A stretch of 64,000 nt of DNA from Felis catus (GCF_018350175.1 NC_058368.1:53074001-53138000); one strand, 5' to 3'. Shown: positions 24,454-37,890, numbered from the stretch's first letter. The notes: a model not told the origin generated them from the letters alone. A program made the numbers and translations.

Positions 24454-25348
24454 ATGACAAAACAGAAGAATTGCCCTCAAAAGAATCTCCAGGAAATAAC
24501 AACAGCTAACGAACTGATCAAAAAGGATTTAAACAATATAACAGAAAGTGAATGTAGAATAATACTCATAAAATTAATCGCTGGGCTTGAAAACAGTACA
24601 AAGGACAGCAGAGAATCTCTTGCTACAGAGATCAAGGGACTAAGGAACAGCCAGGAGGAGCTAAAAAATGCTATCAATGAGCTGCAAAATAAAATGGAGA
24701 CAACCACGGCTCGGATTGAAGAGGTAGAGGAGAGAATAGGTGAACTAGAAGATAAATTATGGAAAAAGAAGAAGCTGAGAAAAAGAAAGATAAAAAAATC
24801 CAGGAGTATGAGGGGAAAATTAGAGAATTAAGTGATGCACTAAAGAGAAATAATCTACACATAATTAATATTCCAGAGGAGGAAGAGAGAGGGAAAGGTG
24901 CTGAAGGTGTACTTGAAGAAATAATAGCTGAGAACTTCCCTGATCTGGGGAAGGAAAGAGGCATTGAAATCCAAGAGGCACAGAGAACTCCCTTCAGACG
25001 TAACTTGAATCTATCTTCTGCACGACATATCATAGTGAAACTGGCAAAATACAAGCATAAAGAGAAAATTCTGAAAGCAGCTAGAGATAAACATGCTCTA
25101 ACATATAAAGGGAGACCTATAAGACTCGTGACCGATCTCTTTACTGAAACTTGGCAGGCCAGAAAGGAATGGCAGGAGATCTTCAATGTGTTGAACAGAA
25201 AAAATATGCAGCCAAGAATCCTTTATCCAACAAGTCTGTCATTTAGAGTAGAAGGAGAGATTTGTTTGTCTTCCCAAACAAACAAAAACTGAAGGAATTT
25301 GTCACCACTAAACCAGCCCTACAAGAGATTCTAAGGGGGATCCTGTGA
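24454..25348 (+). pseudogene. L1 ORF1p (coiled coil/RRM/CTD), two frameshifts
   Basis: MTKQKNCPQKNLQE... in ORF 24277-24831, continued in ORF 24759-25292 (RNNLHIINIPEEEE, RHIIVKL, PRILYP); C-terminus VFPNKQKLKEF...RGIL* ends TGA 25346-25348; shifts near 24755 and 25262. Confidence 0.92.
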
Positions 25349-25398
25349 GACAAAGTACCAGAGACATCACTACAAGCATGAAACCTACAGACATCACA

Positions 25399-28300
25399 AT
25401 GACTCTAAACCCATATCTTTCTATAATAACACTGAATGTAAAAGGACTAAATGCGCCAACCAAAAGACATAGGGTATCAGAATGGATAAAAAAACAAGAT
25501 CCATCTATTTGCTGTCTACAAGAGACTCATTTTAGACCTGAGGACACCTTCAGATTGAGAGTGAGGGGATGGAGAACTATTTATCATGCCACTGGAAGTC
25601 AAAAGAAAGCTGGAGTAGCCATACTTATATCAGACAAACTAGACTTTCAATTAAAGGCTGTAACAAGAGATGAAGAAGGGCATTATATAATAATCACAGG
25701 GTCTACCCATCAGGAAGAGCTAACAATTATAAATGTCTATGCGCCGAATACAGGAGCCCCCAAATATATAAAACAATTACTCACAAACATAAGCAACCTT
25801 ATTGATAAGAATGTGGTAATTGCAGGGGACTTTAACACTCCACTTATAGAAATGGATAGATCATCTAGACACACGGTCAATAAAGAAACAAGGGCCCTGA
25901 ATGATACATTGGATCAGATGGACTTGACAGATATATTTAGAACTCTGCATCCCAAAGCAACAGAATATACTTTCTTCTCAAGTGCACATGGAACATTCTC
26001 CAAGATAGATCACATACTGGGTCACAAAACAGCCCTTCATAAGTATACAAGAATTGAGATCATACCATGCATACTTTCAGACCACCATGCTATGAAGCTT
26101 GAAATCAACCACAGGAAAAAGTCTGGAAAACCTCCAAAAGCAGGGAGGTTGAAGAACACCCTACTAAGGAATGAATGGGTCAACCAGGCAATTAGGGAAG
26201 AAATTAAAAAATATATGGAAACAAATGAAAATGAAAATACAACAATCCAAATGCTTTGGGATGGAGCTAAGGCAGTCCTGAGAGGAAAATACATTGCAAT
26301 CCAGGCCTATCTCAAGAAACAAGAAAAATCCCAAATACAAAATCTAACAGCACACCTAAAGGAAATAGAAGCAGAACAGAAAAGATAGCCTAAATCCAGC
26401 AGAAGAAGAGAAATAATAAAGATCAGAGTAGAAATAAACAATATAGAATCTAAAAAAACTGTAGAGCAGATCAACAAAACCAAGAGTTGGTTTTTTGAAA
26501 AAATAAACAAAATTGATAAAGCTCTAGCCAGACTTCTCAAAAAGAAAAGGGAGATGACCCAAATAGATAAAATCATGAATGAAAATGGAATTATTACAAC
26601 CAATCCCACAGAGATACAAGCAATGATCAGGGAATACTATGAAAAATTATATGCCAACAAACTGGACAACCTGGAAGAAATGGACAAATTCCTAAACACC
26701 CACACGCTTCCAAAACTCAATCAGGAGCAAATACAAAGCTTGAACAGACCCATAACCAGTGAAGAAATTGAATCAGTCATCAAAACTCTCCCAAAAAATA
26801 AGAGTCCAGGACCAGATGGCTTACCAGGGGAGTTCTACCAGACGTTTAAAGCAGAGATAATACCTATCCTTCTCAAGCTATTCCAAAAAATAGAAAGGGA
26901 AGGAAAACTTCCAGACTCATTCTATGAAGCCAGTATTACTTTGATTCCTAAACCAGACAGAGACCCAGTAAAAAAAGAGTGCAACAGGCCAATATTCCTG
27001 ATGAATAGGGATGCAAAAATTCTCAATAAGATACTAGCAAATAGAATTCAACAGCATATAAAAAGAATTATTTACCATGATCAAGTGGGATTCATTCCTG
27101 GGATGCAGGGTTGGTTCAACATTCGCAAATCAATCAACATGATACATCACATTAATAAAAGAAAAGATAAGAACTATATGATCCTGTCAATCGATGCAGA
27201 AAAGGCCTTTGACAAAATCCAGCACCCTTTCTTAATAAAAGCCCTCGAGAAAGTCGGGATAGAAGGAACATACTTAAAGATCATAAAAGCCATTTATGAA
27301 AAGCCCACAGCTAACATCATCCTCAATGGGGAAAAACTGAGAGCTTTTTCCCTGAGATCAGGAACATGACGGGGATGTCCACTCTCACCGCTGTTGTTTA
27401 ACATAGTGTTGGAAGTGCTAGCATCAGCAATCAGACAACAAAAGGGAATCAAAGACATCAAAATTGGCAAAGATGAAGTTAAGCTTTCACTTTTTGCAGA
27501 TGACATGATATTATACATGGAAAATCCGATAGACTCCACCAAAAGTCTGCTAGAACTGATACATGAATTTAGCAAAGTTGCAGGATACAAAATTAATGTA
27601 CAGAAATCAGTTGCATTCTTATACACTAACAATGAACCAACAGAAAGACAAATAAAGAAACTGATCCCATTCACAATTGCACCAAGAAGCATAAAATACC
27701 TAGGGATAAATGTAACCAAAGATGTAAAAGATCTGTATGCTGAAAACTATAGAAAGCTTATGAAGGTAATTGAAGAAGATATAAAGAAATGGAAAGACAT
27801 TCCCTGCTCATTGATTGGAAGGATAAATATTGTCAAAATGTCAATATTACCCAAAGCTATCTACACATTCAATGCAATCCCAATCAAAATTGCACCAGCA
27901 TTCTTCTCGAAACTAGAACAAACAATCCTAAAATTCATATGGAACCACAAAAGGCCCCAAATAGCCAAAGTAATTTTGAAGAAGAAGACCAAAGCAGGAG
28001 GCATCACAATCCCACACTTTAGCCTCTACTACAAAGCTGTCATCATCAAGACAGCATGGTATTGGCACAAAAACAGACACATAGACCAATGGAATAGAAT
28101 AGAAACCCCAGAACTAGACCCACAAACATATGGCCGACTAATCTTTGACAAAGCAGGAAAGAATATCCAATGGAAAAAAGTCTCTTTAACAAATGGTGCT
28201 GGGAGAACTGGACAGCAACATGCAGAAGATTGAAACTAGACCACTTTCTCACACCATTCACAAAAATAAACTCAAAATGGATAAAGGACCTGAATGTGAG

Positions 28301-29218
28301 ACAGGAAACCATCAAAACCCTACAGGAGAAAGCAGGAAAAGACCTCTCTGACCTCAGCCATAGTAATTTCTTACTTGACACATCCCCAAGGGCAAGGGAA
28401 TTAAAAGCAAAAATGAACTATTGGGAACGCATGAAGATGAAAAGCTTCTGCACAGCAAAGGAAACAACCAACAAAAAAAAGGCAACCAACGGAATGGGAA
28501 AAGATATTTGCAAATGACATACCGGACAAAGGGCTAGTATCCAAAATCTATAAAGAGCTCACTAAACTCCACACCCGAAAAACAAATAACCCAGTGGAAG
28601 AAATGGGTAGAAAACACGAATAGACACTTCTCTAAAGAAGACATTCGGATAGCCAACAGGCACATGAAAAGATGCTCAACGTCACTCCTCATCAGGGAAA
28701 TACAAATGAAAACCACACTCAGATATCACCTCACGCCAGTCAGAGTGGCCAAAATGAACAAATTAGGAGACTATAGATGCTGGAGAGGATGTGGAGAAAC
28801 GGGAACCCTCTTGCACTGTTGGTGGGAATGCAAATTGGTGCAGCCGCTCTGGAAAACAGTGTGGAGGTTCCTCAAAAAATTAAAAATAGGTCTACCCTAT
28901 GACCCAGCAATAGCACTGCTAGGAATTTACCCAAGGGATACAGGAGTACTGATGCATAGGGGCACTTGTACCCCAATGTTTATAGCAGCACTCTCAACAA
29001 TAGCCAAATTATGGAAAGAGCCTAAATGTCCATCAACTGATGAATGGATAAAGAAATTGTGGTTCATATACACAATGGAGTACTACGTGGCAATGAGAAA
29101 GAATGAAATATGGCCCTTTGTAGCAACATGGATGGAACTGGAGAGTGTTATGCTAAGTGAAATAAGCCATACAGAGAAAGACAGATACCATATGGTTTCA
29201 CTCTTATGTGGATCCTGA
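25399..29218 (+). pseudogene. L1 ORF2p (APE endonuclease, reverse transcriptase, C-terminal Cys-rich domain), disrupted
   Basis: EN motifs CLQET, GDFNT, SDH; RT motifs PGPDG, LFADD; C-terminal CWRGC...HCWWEC; in-frame stops at 26386 (TAG) and 27367 (TGA), frameshifts near 28180, 28475 and 28596. Confidence 0.95.
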
Positions 29219-29459
29219 GAAACTTAACACAAACCCATGGGGGAGGGGAAGGAAAAAATAAAGAGGTTAGAGTGGAAGAGAGCCAAAGCATAAGAGACTC
29301 TTAAAAACTGAGAACAAACTGAGGGTTGATGTGGGGTGGAGGGAGGGGAGGGTGGGTGATGGGTATTGAGGAGGGCACCTTTTGGGATGAGCACTGGGTA
29401 TTGTATGGAAACCAATTTGACAACAAACTTTATATATTGAAAAAAAAAGATATAGTAAT

Positions 29460-30960
29460 CAAGACAGGGTGGTGTTTGCAAAAGGATAGACATATAGTTT
29501 GATGGAACAGAAAAGAGAGCCCAGAAATAGCTCCACATGAATATAATCAACTGATCTTTGATAAAAAGCAAAGACAATAGAGAAAAGATCATCTTTTCAA
29601 CAAACGGTTCTAGAACAACTGAACATCCACATGCAAAAAAGGAAAAAAAAAGGATTCAGACACAAATCTTACACTCTTCCCATAAAGTACAAAACTATAA
29701 AACTCCTAGAAGAGAGCATATAAGAAAATATAAATAACCCTAGGTTTGGTGATGACTTTAGGTACAACACCAAAGTCATAATCTGTGAAAGAAATAATTG
29801 ATAAGCTGGACTTCATTAAAATTAAAAACTTCTGCTCCACAAAAAAAAAGTGTCAAGAGAATAAGAAGACAAGCCACGGACTAGGAGATAGTATATTCAA
29901 AAAACTTATTTAAGAAAAGGCTATTATCCAAAATACACAAAGAACTCTTAGAATTCAACAATAATAAAACAAAAAATCTGACTAAAAAATGAGCTAAAGA
30001 CCTGAATAGACACTCAGCAAAGAAGATATACAGATGGCAAGTAAGCATATGAAAAAAGTTTGACATCATAAGTCATTAGGGAACTGCAAATTAAAACAAC
30101 AGTGAGATATCACTGTACATCTATCAGAATGACCAAAGATCCTAACCACTGGCAATATCATGCTGGCAAGGATATGAAGTAACAGGAACTCTTAGTCATT
30201 GCTGGTAGGACAGCCATTTGGAAGACAGTTTTCCAGTTTCCTACAGAACTAAACATTCTCTTACCATACAATCCAGCAATCACATTCTTTGGTATTTACC
30301 CAAAGGAGTTGAAAACTTGTGTCTACACACAAAACATGCAGACAGATGTTGACCGCAGCTTTACTTACAATTGCTAAAACTCAGAAGCAACAGAAATGCT
30401 CTTCAGTCGGGGAATGGGCAAGCAAACTAGTATATTCAGAAAATGGAATAGTATTCAGCAGTGAACAGAAAAGAGCTATCAGGCCATAAAAAGACATAGA
30501 GGAATCTTAAACACAAATTACTAAGTGAAAGAGGCTTCAATCATGTGACTCCAATTATATGACATTCTGAAAAAAGGTAAAACTCTGGAGACAGTAAAAA
30601 GATTAGCAGTTGACAAGGATCAGCAGGGAGAGAAGGATGAATAGGTGGAACCAGAGGGATTTTTAGGGCAATGAAACTACCTTGTGTGACACTAGAATGG
30701 TAGATATATGCCATTTTACCTTTGTCCTAACCCATGGAATGCACAACGCCAAGAGTGACCACTAAAGTAAACTAAGGACTTTGGGTGATAATTGATACAG
30801 GTTCATCAGTTGTAAGGAATGGACCACTGTGTTGGGGATGTTGATGATGGGGAGGTTATGTACATGTAGGGCAGGGGCATATGGGAAATCCGTGTACTTG
30901 CCATTCAACTTGGCTGTGAACCTAAAAGTGCTCTTCAAAAAAAAAAAGTTTTATTTTTTA
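29460..30960 (+). mobile_element. L1MC1/2-like element, 3' part
   Basis: Degenerate ORF2 3' end then L1MC-type 3'UTR (ctttgggtgataat...gctgtgaacctaaaagtgctct) and A tail. Confidence 0.85.
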
Positions 30961-31102
30961 AAAAAGTTTTCTATGATAAAAATGTTCTAATTTAGTTCTA
31001 TTAAAAAAAGAATCACATGGATGATATTCTCTGACAGCAATATCAATAGTGATATCAATAACAAAAGGTAGTTTATTTTTTAAAAAAAGAGTATTTATTT
31101 TA

Positions 31103-31310
31103 GGGGCGCCTGGGTTGCTCAGTCAGTTAAGCATCCGACTCTTGGTTTTGCTCAGGTCATGATCTTTGGGCTGGTGAGATCGAGCTCCCCATCCATCTCT
31201 GCACTGACAGTATGGAGCCTGCTTGGGGTTCTCTCTCTTTCTCTCTCTGCTCTTCCCCCACTAGTGTGCTCTCTCTCTCTCTCTCTCAAAATAAATAAGT
31301 AAACATTTTT
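31103..31310 (+). mobile_element. Can-SINE
   Basis: ggggcgcctgggttgctcag..., (CT)n, aataaa tail. Confidence 0.92.
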
Positions 31311-31349
31311 TAAAAGTCTGTCTATAAATAAATAATTAAATAAATATAA

Positions 31350-31539
31350 AATGTTTTTTTTTTTTTTTTTTTGCGAGAGAGAGTGCAAGCAGGGGAGGGG
31401 CAGAGAGGAGGACACAGGATCTCAATCAGGCTCCATGTTGACAGCACAGAGCCCAACACAGGACTCCAATCTACAAACTCCAAGATCATGAGCTGAGCCA
31501 AAGTCAGTCGCTTAACTGATCGAGCCACCCAGACACCCC
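31350..31539 (-). mobile_element. Can-SINE
   Basis: Antisense body with T20 tail. Confidence 0.9.
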
Positions 31540-32804
31540 AAAAAAAGACAGTTTAAGTGAAAAATCATTTGTTGAATGAAATAGATATTCTAAATAATGC
31601 ATTGGTTACAAAAAATAATAGAAACGGGAAAATACTTAAAAGTGAATACTGTAATCAAGCATACTTGGCTTCCACAAATGGTAGAGACCAAGGGAACCCA
31701 GTGAAGATGCTTCTAAGTAAAACCCTCTGAAAATATATGTTGTAAGGTCTAGAATTTAATTGTCACGACTAAAAATTATTATAAAATAAATTGTCTAACC
31801 AGAGAAAGTTTTTTCATCAATAGATTCAGCATAACACCCGCGGAGAGGAGAATGAGCAAATCTAAGACAAAAAGTCTGGCAAAAACCTCTTAAATATTTG
31901 CAGTCAAAATGCAGTCTTCCCTTTTAAGTGAAGCCTACTTCAAAATTAATGGAGGCAAACGTAGTTACCTCCACCTTCTGCACCCCATTTCATTTCTGTT
32001 AAACCAACATTTTTTAAGGGCCTCTGATGTCCAAGACACCAAAAAGGGGCACACTGATGAATCGGACACATTCATCACATCCATGAATCCTGTCCTCAAG
32101 ACCACTAAGAGAGATAAGATCAAAGAGGTATCCATTGGATAACATGAGGTAAGTGCACAGAGGTTTTTCCTATATGTTATGTGACCACAGAGAATGGACA
32201 CATAGCCCAATTTGTGGTTCAAGAACTCTTTTGAAAGACAAGGCATCAAATTGTTTTTTGTATGCACAATGTAGCCCTCACAATTTAAGCAAAATGTACT
32301 AGCGAATTTAAATGTCTCTGAATTTTCCTGAAATATGTAAAACAGGCTCACAAGTAATTCATCAGCTTCTCAATTATATTGTCTGATGTAACTCCAAAGA
32401 AGGAAAGAGAAAAAAAAAACACACACACACACACAATGGTTACTTATTAGTAGCCCTGAGCAGATAGAGGGACTGAACTGGGACCTCTCTTGCAGGATCC
32501 TTGCTGAAACTGAGTAGAGCTTTTGGAAACAGTTCCTTAGGGTAAGCAAGCACCAGCATATGACAGCACAATATTACTTTTTTGTATTCCGATGAAACAT
32601 TAACATTCCAACCATCAGACTGGAAAGAAGACAGGGATGCAGGTTACCATTACAATGTCTGTTTCTAAGTACTTGGGAAGGACAAACAGGAAGTGACCGG
32701 AAAGAACACAGCTCAACCTGATAAGATTGCCTGTTACAAGGCAAAAAAAAAAAAAAAAAAAAAGTGACTAAATCATTTGAAATTTTTTATTTAACCATAT
32801 GTAA

Positions 32805-33027
32805 TTTTTAAAAAAAAATTTTTTTACCGTTTATTTACTTTTGAGAGAGAGAGACAGAGCGTGAGTGGGGGAGGTGCAGAGAGAGAGGGAGAACACAGAA
32901 TCTGAAGCAGGCTCCAGGCTCTGAGCTGTCAGCACAGAGCCTGATGCAGGGCTCGAACTCATAAACCATGAGATCATGACCCAAGCTGAAGTCAGAGGCT
33001 CAACCGACTAAGCCACCCAGGAGCCCC
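32805..33027 (-). mobile_element. Can-SINE
   Basis: Typical; TSD-like taa(c/t)cat(a/c)tgtaattttt. Confidence 0.93.
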
Positions 33028-34382
33028 TAATCATCTGTAATTTTTAAAGCAAATCTGACTAAACTCATCCGTGTAAATTTCAGTGTCTTCTGTCATTCAC
33101 ATCTGCCCATACACAAAGCTTTTTGAACTTCCCCCTGGCTCCAAAACCAAAATGAAAAATTATGAATGAGGAAAGCAGCAGACAGTACTTTGTTTACCAG
33201 ATCTCAGTCACCTTGCTGGCACATGGTTCTCCTGGGACATCCCGGTTCTAAAATGAATGTGGCGCATTGGGACAAATATCACCCAACCCACTGTATTTTC
33301 AGAGGCCAAGCTTCACTCAACTGAGCCCTATTGGTACAGTGCATGCTTCAACAGCGGCCACTTCACAAAGGGCTTCTCTGTTACACGTTCCTGCCAAAGT
33401 TGCTGGCTGTCTCCACTTTAATTCCTCTCAGGCTTTTCTTCTTTGAAGACTGGTATTTGTGCCAATCTAGTACCTAGTTCATTGTATTTATTTTATGTAT
33501 TTTCTACTTCGTATGTGTCATGCTGGCTTGAGAGAGATCATGCTGCTTTGGGGAGGGGGTTAGCCAAAAGATTTTCACGGTAGGTTATCACACTTTGAAC
33601 TGTGTGTAAGTGTGGAGGGGGTGCAGGGGAGAGCAAATGTGCAGGCACAAGGGTGATTTGGAATTTGAGTGTTGCAAATAGTTACATCTCTCAGAGTGTG
33701 TTTTGTTTATTTGCCGATCACTCCAGCTTTCTGAGGCTGATTAATTTCCATGGCAAGAGCTCTGAGGAGTCAAGAGGCAGCATGTCCTCTGGGAAGCTAG
33801 TGGAGTTCTCTCCAGGGAGGCTCAGTGAAAGACGAAATAAAAAAATGTAGAGTGCACCAAAACTCACCAGCACCCTGCCAAACCAGACCCAGCAATTTGC
33901 CACTTGCTTCTTGGAATTTGGATTGTACTGGGCTTTGGGGGCTTTCTGATTCTTTGTCTAGACTTTCTTTTGCAATTATTGACAATTAGATCTGATTTTA
34001 CTTGGCTTCCCTTGGTTTTCAAGCATGATCACTGCCATTATTTTAAACAAAGGTCAATTCTCCCACTGGTTAGGGAAAAGCGAGAGCAGCTGCTGTTCTG
34101 ATGGCAATATGATGCTTGGTTCGATTTCTATGGTTAGTGTGGAGGAGTGGGAAAATCTGAGGCAAAAAGGCACATTTAACTATCTCTGTCATGTAAACTC
34201 AATGTTAGAGGAGGTTTCTATAACTATAGTACAGACATTTGAGTGAGGATTTTTATCCTATGACCAACCTTTTATTTCTTCTTAAAGGAGAACTTTCCAG
34301 TCTAGGGTCACCTCAGTAGATATCATGGAGTCAGAACCACACCATACACACACACACAGGGGGCTAGTTATAAAACTTGTGA

Positions 34383-34493
34383 GATATATATATATGTGTG
34401 TGTGTGCATACATGCATATATATATATGTGTGTGTGTGTCTGTGTGTGTATCTATATCTATATCTATATCTATATCTATATCTATATCTATAT
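34383..34493. repeat. Compound microsatellite (TA)/(TG)/(TATATC)n
   Basis: Directly visible. Confidence 0.95.
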
Positions 34494-34549
34494 CACCCAA
34501 GGAAAGAAAACATAAAATGCCTTCTCTTTTTAGCTTGGCTAATAACTTC

Positions 34550-34765
34550 TTTTTTTTTTTTTAATTTTTTTAATGTTTATTTATCTTTGAGAGACAGAGT
34601 ACAAGTGGGGAGGGCCAGAGAGAGAGGGAGACACAGAATCCAAAGCAGGTTCCAGGCTCTGAACTGTCAGCACAGACCCCAATGTGGGGTTCAAACTCAG
34701 GGACTGTGAAATCCTGACCTGAGCTGAAGTCAGAGGCTTAACTAACTGAGCCACCCAAGTGCCCC
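34550..34765 (-). mobile_element. Can-SINE
   Basis: Perfect 19-bp TSD tagcttggctaataacttc at 34531-34549 and 34766-34784. Confidence 0.95.
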
Positions 34766-35202
34766 TAGCTTGGCTAATAACTTCCAATCAAACCAGTTTT
34801 TAAGTAAAGGAGAGGACTTCACTAATCTTGACTCTATAACTGTAGGCTCTAGAGTCACAAATCAATTACTTTTAAAAATTAAATTCTAATAGTTAAGCCA
34901 CTTAGAAAAGAACTATTATAATAGAATTTAATTGAAATGGTAAATAACATGACGTATGTAAGATTCTACGCCAAAGAGTGTCAAAACAGAAAGTTCGCCA
35001 TTACTCCATCTAGGTGTAACAGAATTTCCACATGTGGAGAGAGAAGCAGGGAGGTACGGGAAGGATCACGAAAGGACTAGAGTAGTAAAGTGAAAAGTGA
35101 AGAAGCTAGGCTAATGGTTTTGAGACCTTGCAGGGATGAGAGGGTGATGGGAATGTTTATATAATCCGTTGGAGATAGACATAACAAATGCATGAGGTTG
35201 TA

Positions 35203-35262
35203 GAGGGCCCCAATATTCAAGAGAATATACAACGAGGGCCCGATATTCAAGAGAATATACAA
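35203..35262. repeat. ~30-bp tandem duplication
   Basis: gagggccccaatattcaagagaatatacaa / gagggcccgatattcaagagaatatacaa. Confidence 0.93.
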
Positions 35263-36726
35263 TGGTCTCACTTGAGCTTTTGAGTGAAAAAGCCCAAAGT
35301 CTGAACTAAGACTCAGTCCTTTGCCATCTGCGAAGTTGGGCCAGTCCTGTAACCCCTAGGAGTCTGCATTCCCTCATGGGAAACACACAAGACAAACATG
35401 TCTTCCTTGAAGCTTTGTCATAAAGATTAAATAACAGAACTGGCCAACAGGTTAGCACAGTGCCCGGCACACAGCAGGTAGTCATTGCACATTAAAGTTT
35501 TTCCTTTCTGCTTTCTCCACCCCACTCCCCACCATCACCACTAGGACCAAATGTGAGAGTTTGGGAATGTCATCATCTGAAATAAAGATTCCATGGGTGC
35601 ATTTTTACAGGAAGCTATGCAGTTGCCCAGCCGTTCCTGTCATCGCCTGCTTAATAAAACAATTTTGAATCAGCCCCTTGCTAAGAATTATGTCAGGGAG
35701 CTGTAGTGTCTCTATCCCGTGTTCCTGCTTAGACAAGATCCCTGGAATGCTCAGGGAATGGTGAACACGGCGCCAGAGTTGGTGTGTTTCAGTGGAAGAA
35801 CAACTGTGACATCTAAAGGCGGTCAGCCAGCTGAAACACAGTGTTGGTTCAGAAACGTGAAAAAAGCTGTTATGCAAATGGCAAATGCCACTGCTGTGTA
35901 CTGAAATAGAGACTAAATGCTCTTTCCTTCTATTCTTTTAATGCACCTTCCTATTCAGTACATATTCCTTTTGCAATAAAACCATGAAGTCTTTCTGAAA
36001 AGTAAATATGTCCTTTCATTAATCATCACTTTCCACTCGCTTTTTTCAACTTGGCGGCTGAGAAGTCTGCAGGATCACAAACCTTCAACTAGTGTGCTAC
36101 CTTGATTAAGGCACAAAACGTTAAAAGCAAATTACTATGAAAGTACGAAACAATTTGCACTTAATGTTTCAGTCATATCTGTAAAAAATATGACTTAAAT
36201 ATAGTTTTATTAATAATACATATTTTAATTAAACGGCTGGAGGTGCATCTAGCAGGAAAAATTGAATCTTCTCTGGATTTCACATAGTGGTATGATTCAT
36301 GGGCAGTAAATATGCAAAGCTTTATGCCCATAAGGCAATCAAACTCCAAAGCTGATATGCATGTTTTTATCTAGAAGAATGAAATCTAGTAAGGCCAGAA
36401 ATAATAATAATAACAGACTGCCAGAGCAGCGTAATGAATTGGCTCCAGCCAATAGTATCCTTTACTATGTAATAAAATCATCCTTTCAGTCACAATTACA
36501 TCCACTCCAACATTTATTATTACCTCCATTATGCTCATTACACAAGGAAATCCTGTATATGTACTTATGCATATTGAAAAACTTCACAAATATTAACAAT
36601 CAAATCCTGGGGTAGGAGCGACTGCCTTCACAAAGCAGGAAGGCTTTCCTCTGCAGACCGGGTAGGTGCTGCTTAGTCAGAAGGATGACGCTTTACTCTT
36701 GCTGCTTCCCTAACATTTGCCTAGAT

Positions 36727-37165
36727 TATTAGTTTGCTAGCGCCTGCCAGAATAAAGTACCAAAGACGGTTGTTAAAGTCACGTAACTGCAGAAGCGTAT
36801 TTGCTCACAGTTCTGGAGCCTGGAAGTCTGAGATCAAGGTGTCAGTATGGTTAGTTTTGGGGTTTTTTTTGCTTGTTTGTTTTGTTTTGTTTTGTTTTTT
36901 AGAGGCCACTCTCCTTGGCTTGTAGGTAGATGGCTGTCTTCTCCTTGTATATTCATATGGTCTGCTCTCTCTGTGTGTCTGTGTCCCAATTTCCTCTTTT
37001 AAAGATAGCAGTCATATTGGATTAGGACCTACTCTAGTGATATCATTTTAAATTATTTACTGCTTTAAAGATTACTGTGATCTTCAAATACCCACTTTCT
37101 GAGATACTGTGGGTTAGGACACCAACATGAATCTTGGGGAGGGGGACACAATTCAGTCCTAAGAC
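36727..37165. mobile_element. MLT1B/C-like MaLR LTR
   Basis: ctcacagttctggagcctggaagtctgagatcaaggtgtcag...ggggacacaattcag. Confidence 0.82.
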
Positions 37166-37890
37166 CTGAAAATTATTTCTCAGTTGCAAATGTCATATTC
37201 CTGCTCCTATGCCACCAGGCACTATATTTTGCCAAAAAGGAGAGCCAGGAAAATTTATAAAACAATGCAGAAGAGACTCAAATGAAAGTTAAGGTTTTCA
37301 TTTCTTCATTATCTTTACTTTGAATTTCTCTGAAAAAAATCTCTTCATTCTATTTGTAGTGATCACTGTAATACACTTGCAAAATTAAAAATAGAAACTT
37401 GACTACCTCTTACTAGCTTTCCATTTGTTCTCTTCCTGGGAAGAAAAGATGATCTCCTGGGAGTGATGAATGTCTAGAAACAAACGATACTTTGTATGGG
37501 TAATGTGTTTTAGTTGTATTCAGTGGATGGGATTGGCTGTCGTGGCTTTACCTTACCACAGTGAAACAGAAACTCACTTACTTATCTGAAAGCCCCTTTT
37601 GGGACACAGCAAGGGAGACAAGATGTGAGTTCTCTTCCTATGTAGCTACCTTCACTCCACGTGTGTCATGAGAAGCCCAGGACTTACCTACAACTAGGTG
37701 TGGACATGGAACAAGGTGCCCCAATAGCCTGGCATCCACCTAAAGAGGGAGGCCATCACCCAGCTTTCGGATCAGATTTGGGAGTAGTTAGTTCCCAGTG
37801 GCTTGTTTTAATGGCCCAGATGTATGCATTCAAGTAACTTTTTTGATATTGTGGATCTAAATTTCCTACTCTGATATCCAGGCTAATTTT

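Larger units (their letters stand above)
23532..29446 (+). mobile_element. Full-length felid LINE-1 (L1_Fc-like), inactivated
   Basis: GC-rich ~0.9 kb 5'UTR starting (t)ggagatcctgggaagatgg, ORF1 and ORF2 remnants, G-rich 3'UTR, A tail; TSD aaaatatagtaat (23519-23531) / aagatatagtaat (29447-29459), 1 mismatch. Confidence 0.96.
31005..31650 (+). mobile_element. Continuation of ancient L1M ORF2, interrupted by two SINEs
   Basis: Degenerate match to L1 endonuclease C-terminal region. Confidence 0.45.

Noticed and set aside
32691..32768. Short segment plus A21 flanked by aagtgac, possible retrocopy
   Set aside because: 7-bp A-rich match is too weak as a TSD; no poly-A signal or recognisable source RNA
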